Shown here: piece after piece, positions 1 through 7,029 of the stretch | How the letters are laid out: the number at the start of each line of letters is the position of its first letter | Numbering within the stretch: the first letter of the stretch is position 1 | NCBI RefSeq assembly: GCF_035645235.1 | Contig: NZ_DASQMZ010000152.1 | Coordinates: 4,738 to 28,737, forward strand | Direction of reading: 5' to 3' | Source: Paenibacillus sp. | GTDB lineage: Bacteria > Bacillota > Bacilli > Paenibacillales > YIM-B00363 | Length of the DNA: 24,000 nucleotides | Notes under the pieces: model-generated | Seen by the model: the letters and a program-made list of their open reading frames with translations, nothing else | Database searches by the model: none | Told to the model about the DNA's origin: nothing | Position numbers and translations under genes: made by a program

Positions 1-293
1 ACGACGACGGCGAAGTGCCAGAACGTCTCCGCGTACAGCAGCATCAGAAACTCCGCGCAGCCGAGCGCCGCCGCCAGGACGATCAGCTTCTTGCGGCCGT
101 ACCGGTCGGCGAGCGCGCCTGTCGGAATTTCGAACAATACGATCGTCGAGGCGTAGATGATCTCGGTATAGACGACCTCCGCGATCGACATGCCGCGCTG
201 CTCCCAATACAGCCGCTCGATCACGTAAGCCGGAACGAGGCTTTGGAAGAAACGTACGGCGTATAACGTTCTAACATTGCGTAATGCATGCAT
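1..293 (-). CDS. MFS transporter, N-terminal part (gene continues past the window start)
   Basis: Absent from the ORF track because it runs off the window. My minus-strand translation from ATG 293..291 gives MHALRNVRTLYAVRFFQSLVPAYVIERLYWEQRGMSIAEVVYTEIIYASTIVLFEIPTGALADRYGRKKLIVLAAALGCAEFLMLLYAETFWHFAVV. It has the MFS loop 2-3 signature (GxLADRxGRKK) and hydrophobic helices. A GAGAGGGGA SD-like run lies about 8 nt upstream. Confidence 0.75.
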   Translation of the reverse strand, partial: MHALRNVRTLYAVRFFQSLVPAYVIERLYWEQRGMSIAEVVYTEIIYASTIVLFEIPTGALADRYGRKKLIVLAAALGCAEFLMLLYAETFWHFAVV

Positions 294-755
294 CTTTGCG
301 ATCCCCTCTCGATTCGTTCGTAGATGAAGCCGGCTGCGAACGTCGAGCGGGGGCGGACGAGCTCGGCGGAAGGCCGAGAATTAGCAGGGGGGTCTGGCGA
401 GCGTCATCGGTCGGGCTCCTTTCGTGATCTTTAAGGGTTGTGGCTTCATCGTACTGCGCTGTCGGTCGGCGGTCAACACGCAATGCGGGGCGGATACGTT
501 CCTCCTTCGGGCGTCGACTTCGTCGTCGGGGACGATTTGTGCAGGTATTTTGTCCCCGCGGCGGGTTCGCACGGGGGGATGAAACAAAAAATACAGCTAT
601 TTCAGGTTGTGTACTCGATTCCACATCCGAATTAGCCGTATTTTTTATCGTTGATAAACCTTTCATCGGTTAGGGCGGGCGTAATAACTGCATGTTTTGT
701 ATTTTTGCGCGGGACGCGAGCCGGCCTCCCGCGCCATGCTTGCTGGCGGACGAAT

Positions 756-1697
756 TTACAGCGGAGCGACGTCGATGCGCGGAAGCAGCCGCTCGAGCTC
801 GGCCGCGTCGACGCGGCCCGCTTCGCGGTGGAGCGCGTTGGCGCAGGCGGCGGCGGCCGCGAGGCGCAGGCGCGCTTCGATCGGCTCGCCGCGCAGCGTC
901 GCAGCCGCGAAGCCGGCGACGAACGCGTCGCCGCAGCCGACGGCGCTGACGACGGGCAGCGCCGGCACGCGCACGCGGTAGACGGCGCCGTCCGCGCCGA
1001 CGAGCGAGCCGTCCGCGCCGAGCGTGATCGCCGCGCAGCCGATGCCGCCGGCGACGAGCTCCCGCACGAGCGCGGCGAGGTCTCCGTCGGTCGCGGCGGG
1101 GCGCCGCTGCAGCGCGGCGATCTCGTCCTGGTTCGGCTTGACGAAGTCGGGCTTCGCCCGCAGCCCCTCGACGAGGAGCGCTCCGCTCGTGTCGAGGAAC
1201 GCAAGCGCGCCGGCGGCGCGCGCGACGGCGATGAGCCGCGCGTAGACGTCGGCGGGCGCCCCCGCCGGCGCGCTGCCGGAGAAGGCGACGATCGCCGCGT
1301 CGGCCGCGAGCGCGGCGAGCTTCCGCTCGAGCGCCTCGAGATCGGCCTCCGTTACGGTCGGCCCCGGCTCGAGCAGCTCGGTGGACGTGCCGCCGTCGTG
1401 CAGAATGTTCAGGCACAGCCGCGATTCGCCGGGGAGGTCGACGAAGTCGTGGGCGATGCCCTGCTTCGTCAGCTCGGTGCGGATGAAGGCGCCGTTATGC
1501 CCGGCGACGAAGCCGGCCGCGACGACGTCGACGCCGAGCTGCTTCAGCACGCGGGCGACGTTGACGCCCTTGCCGCCGGGATACGCGACCATCTCCGGCA
1601 CGCGGGTGACCCGGCCGAGCGGCAGCGTCGGCACGAGGTACGTCTTGTCGACCGCCGCGTTGAGCGTGACGGTCACGACGCTCGTCCGGGCGCTCAT
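756..1697 (-). CDS. PfkB-family sugar-phosphate kinase (1-phosphofructokinase / tagatose-6-phosphate kinase type)
   Basis: Last 313 aa of track ORF 756..2285, starting MSARTSVVTVTLNAAVDKTY. GKGVNVARVL and C-terminal VGCGDAFVAGF motifs are typical of FruK/LacC/PfkB. Start ATG 1697..1695 overlaps the upstream stop (ATGA). Confidence 0.85.
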   Translation of the reverse strand: MSARTSVVTVTLNAAVDKTYLVPTLPLGRVTRVPEMVAYPGGKGVNVARVLKQLGVDVVAAGFVAGHNGAFIRTELTKQGIAHDFVDLPGESRLCLNILHDGGTSTELLEPGPTVTEADLEALERKLAALAADAAIVAFSGSAPAGAPADVYARLIAVARAAGALAFLDTSGALLVEGLRAKPDFVKPNQDEIAALQRRPAATDGDLAALVRELVAGGIGCAAITLGADGSLVGADGAVYRVRVPALPVVSAVGCGDAFVAGFAAATLRGEPIEARLRLAAAAACANALHREAGRVDAAELERLLPRIDVAPL

Positions 1698-2560
1698 CTT
1701 GCGTCGGCGGCTTTGCCGGCGCAGCCGCACAGCCGAATTTTCTCGAGCGCCGCGGCCTTCAGCGCCTTCTTCGCCGGAATCATATATTTGCGCGGATCGT
1801 TCTCGTCCGGGTTCGCGGCGAACACCGCCTTGATCGCGTCGGAGAACACGATGCGCAGCTCCGTGGCGACGTTCATCTTCGCCATGCCGAGCGATACGGC
1901 GCGGCGCACCTGCGCCTCCGGGATGCCGGAGCCGCCGTGCAGCACGAGCGGCACGTCCACCTTCGCCGCGATGCGTTCGATGCGGGCGAAGTCGATGTTC
2001 GGCTCGCCCTTGTAGATGCCGTGCGCGGTGCCGATCGCGGGCGCGAGCGTCGGTACGCCGGTCGCCTCGACGAAGGCGGCGCATTCGTCCGGATCGGCGA
2101 GCAGCGCATCGGCGTCGGCGACGACGAGGTCGTCCTCGACGCCGCCGACGCGGCCGAGCTCCGCCTCGACGTTCACGCCGACGGCGGCGGCGAGCTCGAC
2201 GACGCGGCGCGTCTGCCGCACGTTCTCTTCGAACGGATCGTGCGAGGCGTCGATCATGACGGACGTGTAGCCGGCGCGAATGCACTGCACGATGACGTCG
2301 AACTCGGTGCAGTGGTCGAGATGCAGCGCGATCGGAATGCGCGTGCGCGCCGCGGCCGTCTTCGCGGCGGCGGCGATGTAGTCGGCGCCGAGATGCTTCA
2401 CGGTGCCGACCGTCGACTGCAGGATGAGCGGCGCGTCCGCTTCGGCGGCCGCTTCGACGGCGGCCTGCAGCATCTCGAGCGTATGCACGTTGAAGGCGCA
2501 GACCGCGTAGCCGCCCGCCCGGGCGGCTTGCAGCATGGCGGTGGAGGATACCAAGGTCAT
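1694..2560 (-). CDS. Class II ketose-1,6-bisphosphate aldolase (tagatose/fructose-bisphosphate aldolase, GatY/KbaY-like)
   Basis: 288 aa from MTLVSSTAMLQAARAGGYAVCAFNVH. Contains the HLDH zinc-ligand motif and the LHGGSG motif. GAAAGGAAG SD lies 8 nt upstream of ATG 2560..2558. The longer track ORF 1694..2881 is an over-extension into the regulator gene. Confidence 0.85.
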   Translation of the reverse strand: MTLVSSTAMLQAARAGGYAVCAFNVHTLEMLQAAVEAAAEADAPLILQSTVGTVKHLGADYIAAAAKTAAARTRIPIALHLDHCTEFDVIVQCIRAGYTSVMIDASHDPFEENVRQTRRVVELAAAVGVNVEAELGRVGGVEDDLVVADADALLADPDECAAFVEATGVPTLAPAIGTAHGIYKGEPNIDFARIERIAAKVDVPLVLHGGSGIPEAQVRRAVSLGMAKMNVATELRIVFSDAIKAVFAANPDENDPRKYMIPAKKALKAAALEKIRLCGCAGKAADAR

Positions 2561-3351
2561 GGGTTCGACTTCCTTTCCGAAATCCAAATGGGAATACCGC
2601 GGTCGCGCAGGGCGCCGGCGAGCGGCTCGTCGAGCGGCGCGTCCGTGATGCAGCCGGCGAGCGCCTCGAGCGGAGCGATGCCGAACAGCGAGGCGCGCCC
2701 TGCCTTGCTGCGGTCGAAGACGGCGATCGTTCGGCTCGAGCGCTCCATGAGCTGCCGGCCGATGCGCGCTTCCAGCTCGTTGTGCGTCGTGACGCCGTGC
2801 GCGGCCGTCACGCCGTCGACGCCGAGAAACATGGTGCCGATATGCAGGCCGGAGACGGTCGTCTCGGCGAGCGGCCCGCACAGCTCGAAGCTCTTGCCGC
2901 GCATGACGCCGCCGGTGACGACGACCTGCAGGCCGTCGCTGTCGGCCAATTCGTAAGCGATATTAATCGCGTTCGTGACGATCGTAATGTTGCGGCGGCT
3001 CTTGAGCGCCCGGGCGATCATGAACGTCGTCGAGCCGCCGGTGAGGCCGATGACGTCGCCCTCCTCGACGAGGGAGGCGGCGGTCGCGGCGATGGCTTCC
3101 TTTTCCAACCAGCTGATATGCTTCTTCTCGTGGAACGACGCCTCCGCGCCAGTGTAGCCCTCGAAGGCCGCCCCGCCGATCGTGCGGATGACCTCCCGGG
3201 ATTTGCTCAGAACGTCCAGATCCCGGCGCGCCGTCGCCTCCGAGCAGCCGAACGCGTCGACGATTTCCTTCACGGACAGCTCGCCGTTGCGCTTGAGCAG
3301 CGTCAGGATGTCTTCCCGGCGGCGTTCGCCCTTGGACTTCGCTTCCGACAT
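2557..3351 (-). CDS. DeoR/GlpR-family transcriptional repressor
   Basis: 264 aa. N-terminal HTH LSVKEIVDAFGCSEATARRDLDVL followed by a DeoR C-terminal sugar-phosphate sensor region (GLTGGSTT, FLGVDGV). TAAAGGAG SD overlaps the upstream stop. Its own stop overlaps the aldolase ATG (ATGA). Confidence 0.9.
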   Translation of the reverse strand: MSEAKSKGERRREDILTLLKRNGELSVKEIVDAFGCSEATARRDLDVLSKSREVIRTIGGAAFEGYTGAEASFHEKKHISWLEKEAIAATAASLVEEGDVIGLTGGSTTFMIARALKSRRNITIVTNAINIAYELADSDGLQVVVTGGVMRGKSFELCGPLAETTVSGLHIGTMFLGVDGVTAAHGVTTHNELEARIGRQLMERSSRTIAVFDRSKAGRASLFGIAPLEALAGCITDAPLDEPLAGALRDRGIPIWISERKSNP

Positions 3352-3363
3352 GCGAACGCTCCT

Positions 3364-4425
3364 TTAAATTTTTACGACTTGGGTAAGGTTGCGCGGATGG
3401 TCGGGGTCGAGCCCGCGCTTGAGCGCCGTGTAGTAGCCGAGATATTGCACGAGCGGCATGTACGCCGACGCGCGGGCCGCGTCGCCGACGCCGGCGCCCC
3501 CGACGACGAACGTCTCGTCGGCGAAGGCGGTATCGTCGCCGGACCGCTCGACGAGCAGGAGGACGGTCGCGCCGTATCCCTTCATCTCCTCGGCGACCTT
3601 CAGCTCGTACGCGCGCGCAGCTTCGGAGACGAAGGCGACGACGAGCGTGCCCGGCTCCACGATCGACTTCGGTCCGTGCCGGAATTCGAGCGTGCCGAAC
3701 GCTTCCGTCCAGACGTAGGACATCTCTTTGATTTTCAGCGAAGCTTCCTGCGCGAGGCCGTAATAGGCGCCCATGCCCAAATAGATGAATTTATTTAGAT
3801 CGTAGGTATCGACGATGCGTTTCGCCGCTAGATCCGCCCGCGCGGTAACGTCGGCGCAGGCCGCTTCGACGCGCCGCAGCTCCGCGTCATGCGCCGCGTC
3901 GCCGGAGGCCGCCGCGATCGCGCACTGCATCATGTACGTCATGCTGCTGAACGACTTCGTCATGACGGTGCTTTCTTCTTTGCCTTTCGGGGAGAGCAGG
4001 CTGTCGGCGATCGCATACAGCTTGCTCGTCTCGTGGCACGTAATGCCGCACGTCGACCAGCCGGGCAGCGACTGGACGGCTTCGAGCGCGAGGATGACCT
4101 CGGTCGACTCCCCGGAGCGGGAGACGCCGACGACGAGGACGCGTTTCGCGTCGCGGCGGACGGCAGTCTCGCGGAACAGGAATAGCTCGGAGGACGGCAG
4201 CGCGATCGCGCTGCGCCCGAGCCATTCGCGGAACGTCGCCGCCATCGTCTGCGCTTGGTAGTACGACGAGCCGGAGCCGATGAACACGACTTCGTCGTAA
4301 GCGGCGCGGAGGTAACGGTCGATCCAGGCGTCTTGCCGATGCAGCTGCGCTCTTGCGGCGGCCAGCGCCTCCGCTTGCGAGCCGATTTCGGGGTACGTCA
4401 ACGAGCCGGGAATTTTAGGTGACAT
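3364..4425 (-). CDS. Tandem-SIS-domain aminosugar-6-phosphate isomerase/deaminase (AgaS / GlmS-C-terminal / FrlB-like)
   Basis: 353 aa. Contains VVFIGSGSSYY and VGVSRSGESTE SIS motifs, and a second SIS-like half (FIYLGMGAYYGLAQEASLKIKE). First gene of the minus-strand operon; AAGGAG lies upstream of the ATG. Confidence 0.8.
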   Translation of the reverse strand: MSPKIPGSLTYPEIGSQAEALAAARAQLHRQDAWIDRYLRAAYDEVVFIGSGSSYYQAQTMAATFREWLGRSAIALPSSELFLFRETAVRRDAKRVLVVGVSRSGESTEVILALEAVQSLPGWSTCGITCHETSKLYAIADSLLSPKGKEESTVMTKSFSSMTYMMQCAIAAASGDAAHDAELRRVEAACADVTARADLAAKRIVDTYDLNKFIYLGMGAYYGLAQEASLKIKEMSYVWTEAFGTLEFRHGPKSIVEPGTLVVAFVSEAARAYELKVAEEMKGYGATVLLLVERSGDDTAFADETFVVGGAGVGDAARASAYMPLVQYLGYYTALKRGLDPDHPRNLTQVVKI

Positions 4426-4493
4426 CGGTCGATTCGCTCCTTCGGTGGGTGGATGGTTATGTCTTTCAGCTTACCGGATGGTCGTGAATGTTT

Positions 4494-4512
4494 CAATCAA
4501 AATTTTTGATTG
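4494..4512. promoter_or_regulatory. Perfect 19-bp palindrome, candidate operator in the divergent promoter region
   Basis: CAATCAAAA-T-TTTTGATTG, two exact 9-nt arms. A further TTGAT..ATCAA half-site pair (TTGATTGTAACGATCAA) overlaps its right end. It lies between the SIS operon start (4425) and the ROK kinase start (4596). Confidence 0.5.
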
Positions 4513-4526
4513 TAACGATCAATATA

Positions 4527-4555
4527 GAGACATTTTCGAAAATTGTTTGTATGAT
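4527..4555 (+). promoter_or_regulatory. Candidate sigma-A promoter for the ROK kinase gene
   Basis: GAGACA (4527-4532), 17-nt spacer, TATGAT (4550-4555). This gives a leader of about 35 nt before GTG 4596. Confidence 0.3.
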
Positions 4556-4595
4556 AAGAGGGAAGAGATTCCGGACGGAAAAGGGAGTGGCAGCC

Positions 4596-5567
4596 GTGCA
4601 TGTTAGTATCGGCGTGGATATCGGCGGGACGAATACGGTAATCGGCTTAGTGGACGGCGGCGGGCGCGTCGCGGCGTCGGAGAAAATCCCGACGCGAGCG
4701 GAGGAGGGGCCGGACGCGTTGTTCGACCGGATCGCCGCCTCGGCGGCGGCTTTGCTCGGCGGCTTCGGCGTCGACCCTGCCGCGACGACGGTCGGCATCG
4801 GCGTCCCGGGCTTCGTCGATCGGGAAGCCGGGATTTCGTTGCTGAGCGGCAACTTGCAATGGCGCGGCGTGCCCGTCGCCCGGGAGGTGGAGCGCCGGCT
4901 CGGCGCGCCGACGGCGATCGATAACGACGTGCGGCTGTACGTGTACGGCGAGGCGATGGCGGGGGCCGGCCGAGGGGCGGCGCATGTGCTCGGGGTGACG
5001 GTCGGCACGGGGCTCGCGGCGGCGCTCGTGACGGAAGGGCGGCTGTTTTACGGGAGCGGCGGCATGGCCGGCGAGCTCGGCCATCTCCGCCTCGACGGCA
5101 TCCCGTACCGCTGCGGCTGCGGGCTGACGGGCTGCCTCGAGACGGTCGCGTCGGCCACCGGTATCGTGCGGCAAGCGCGCGCGCTCGTCGCGGCGGGGCG
5201 GGCGTCGGTGCTCCGCGACCGGTTCCCGGAGTCCGAGCTGCGCGGCCTGACCGCTTTCGACGTCTCGCGGGCGTACGACGACGGCGACGACGTCGCTCGG
5301 GAGGTGCTGGCATCGACCGGGCGGTGGCTTGGGCGCGGACTGGCGTACGCGGTGACGCTGTTCAGCCCCGATCGGGTCATAGTCGGCGGCGGCGCGGCGG
5401 CGGCGGGCGAACGGCTGCTGGAGCCGGTGCGCCGGGAGATGGAGGCGTCGCTCATCCCCGACTATTGGGCGCGCATCGATGTCGTGCCGGCCTCGCTCGG
5501 CGACGAAGCCGGCGTGATCGGCAGCGCGATGTACGGCCGGCGCCGGGCTGCGGAGCGGCGGGCGTAA
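4596..5567 (+). CDS. ROK-family sugar kinase
   Basis: IGVDIGGTNTVIGLVD ATP-binding start, ROK zinc motif CGCGLTGCLE, and GELGH. I prefer GTG 4596 (AAGGGAG SD 8 nt upstream) over the track start 4488. The in-frame ATG at 4551 lies inside the putative -10 and has no SD. Confidence 0.85.
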   Translation: MHVSIGVDIGGTNTVIGLVDGGGRVAASEKIPTRAEEGPDALFDRIAASAAALLGGFGVDPAATTVGIGVPGFVDREAGISLLSGNLQWRGVPVAREVERRLGAPTAIDNDVRLYVYGEAMAGAGRGAAHVLGVTVGTGLAAALVTEGRLFYGSGGMAGELGHLRLDGIPYRCGCGLTGCLETVASATGIVRQARALVAAGRASVLRDRFPESELRGLTAFDVSRAYDDGDDVAREVLASTGRWLGRGLAYAVTLFSPDRVIVGGGAAAAGERLLEPVRREMEASLIPDYWARIDVVPASLGDEAGVIGSAMYGRRRAAERRA

Positions 5568-5633
5568 CGGCGGAAGCGCTTCCCAGCAACTTCGCGAGGC
5601 GTCCATGCGTCCTTAACTATAAAGAAGGAGGTT

Positions 5634-6281
5634 ATGCGACGCATGACGAACCTTTGGTTGTTGTTGCTCGCGCTCGCGATCGGTGCGGCGTCTTTGGCCC
5701 CGGGCGGCGGGCCGCCGCCGGCGGCTCCGCCGCAGACGAACGCGCCGGAGCCCGCGCCCCCGCCCGCTTCACGTCCCGCGTCGATCACGGAGACGATCGA
5801 GCTCGAGGGGATGGAGGAGCCAATCTCGCTGCGGCTGTACGAGGACGCGGCGCTGGGGTTTACGACGTACATTCCGGAGTGGCTCGAAGCCGCTTCGTCG
5901 AGCTCGGGCGAAGGCGACGGATTTCTCGCCACGGCCGCGTTCGGCGGCGTGCCGGAGCCGCGCTCGGCGTTCGGCCTGTTCCGGCCCGCGGGAACGTACA
6001 CGCGGGAGACGATCGCCGCGTACGCGAAGGAGCTGCAGCGCGCATCCGGTTTCACTGTGGAAGCTTACTCAGAGGACGCGCCGCCCCGGTTCCCGGGCAG
6101 CGTAGAGGAGTTCGGCATTACGAAGATCGATGAAGCCGACGGCTTTGGCGTCATCGGGACCGTAGCGCTGCTCGAGCGGGACGGGCGTTGGATCATCGTA
6201 ACGATCCGCTACCTAGAGGATCACGCGGAAGGCTTCGTGCCGCGCGCCATGAAAATCTACGAGCATCTGCAGTGGCACTAG
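5634..6281 (+). CDS. Secreted protein of unknown function (signal peptide plus Pro/Ala-rich linker)
   Basis: 215 aa. Hydrophobic N-terminus MRRMTNLWLLLLALAIGAASLA, then GGGPPPAAPPQTNAPEPAPPPASRP, then a domain of about 150 aa that I do not recognise. AAGGAGG lies immediately upstream; the second ATG at 5643 is an equally plausible start. Confidence 0.6.
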   Translation: MRRMTNLWLLLLALAIGAASLAPGGGPPPAAPPQTNAPEPAPPPASRPASITETIELEGMEEPISLRLYEDAALGFTTYIPEWLEAASSSSGEGDGFLATAAFGGVPEPRSAFGLFRPAGTYTRETIAAYAKELQRASGFTVEAYSEDAPPRFPGSVEEFGITKIDEADGFGVIGTVALLERDGRWIIVTIRYLEDHAEGFVPRAMKIYEHLQWH

Positions 6282-6288
6282 GAGGGAT

Positions 6289-6355
6289 CCCACGCCGCTC
6301 CGGTCTGTCCCATCGTTCGCGTACTCGTACCCGCGGACGATGGCGGACCGGTGGG
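6289..6355 (+). terminator. Long GC-rich hairpin just after the 5634..6281 stop (terminator-like, no U-tract)
   Basis: A 12-bp inner stem, 6310-6321 paired with 6332-6343 (one G-U pair), with a 10-nt loop. Outer pairing CCGGTC/GACCGG and CCCA/TGGG extends it. There is no T-run downstream, so the assignment is tentative. Confidence 0.35.
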
Positions 6356-6611
6356 GCATCGTTGATGGCAAAAAATACATCCATTTTCTTCCCTGTCGTT
6401 TTATGTAAGCGCATACAATGCGAGATTTACATCTATTTCAAAGCGCAGGATGGTTTTTCCGGCCGAATAACTGTATTACTGCACATTTTGTCCGCGTCTA
6501 AGGCGTGCCCCACGGTACTTCGCGACTCGACGAACGCTGTCGATTACATAATTTCGGGCGAACTGGAGAAGTCTACATGCAAATCCATGCATACGGACGG
6601 AGGCAGTCCCC

Positions 6612-6956
6612 ATGATGAACGAGCTCTTGAAGAAAGCCGTGTCGCTCGGCATCGGCATTACGGTAACAAGCAAGGAGAAGGTCGAAAAGTACGTCGACGA
6701 CTTGGTCAAGAAAGGCGAAGTCGCGCCGGGGGAATCGAAGGAGCTGCTCGCGCGGCTCCTGCAGCGGGGCGATGAGGAGCAGGCCGAGCTGAAGCGCTTC
6801 GTGAAGGAGCAGCTGCACCAGGTGCTGGCGGAGCTGCGCGTCGCGACGAAGGAGGACGTGGCGCGGCTCGAGGCGCGGCTCGCCGCGCTCGAAGCGAAGC
6901 CGGCGGAAGCGGGCTCGACGGGAGTCGCCGGGACGCCGGACGCGCCGACGATGTAA
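6612..6956 (+). CDS. Phasin-like coiled-coil protein (COG3937-type, annotated in databases as PHA synthesis regulator phasin family)
   Basis: 114 aa: MMNELLKKAVSLGIGITVTSKEKVEKYVDDLVKKGEVAPGESKELLARLLQRGDEEQAELKRFVKEQ... with heptad-like charged repeats. GGAGG lies 8 nt upstream. Confidence 0.65.
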   Translation: MMNELLKKAVSLGIGITVTSKEKVEKYVDDLVKKGEVAPGESKELLARLLQRGDEEQAELKRFVKEQLHQVLAELRVATKEDVARLEARLAALEAKPAEAGSTGVAGTPDAPTM

Positions 6957-7029
6957 CGGGGGCGGCCCCCCGACTGGGGGCACGATCCGCCTGAAAGCCG
7001 CGGGCGAGCGAACGACGGGAGGAGAGCGC

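Noticed and set aside
15-266. 83-aa plus-strand ORF at the window start
   Set aside because: The opposite strand encodes a convincing MFS transporter N-terminus with the DRYGRKK motif.
707-734. GC-rich hairpin GCGCGGGA...TCCCGCGC after the kinase stop, considered as the operon terminator
   Set aside because: On the minus-strand transcript it is followed by an A-run, not a U-run. It may still be a stability element, but I cannot call it a canonical intrinsic terminator.
756-2881. Track ORFs 756..2285 (509 aa) and 1694..2881 (395 aa) taken as full-length genes
   Set aside because: Their N-terminal parts are Arg-rich read-through into the upstream gene. Internal ATGs at 1697 and 2560 give proteins of canonical length, with SD sequences and ATGA coupling.
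651-3798. Plus-strand ORFs 651..2015, 1937..2956 and 2782..3798 (338-454 aa)
   Set aside because: All are antisense to the kinase, aldolase, DeoR and SIS genes. They are low complexity, have no SD sequences and no recognisable domains.
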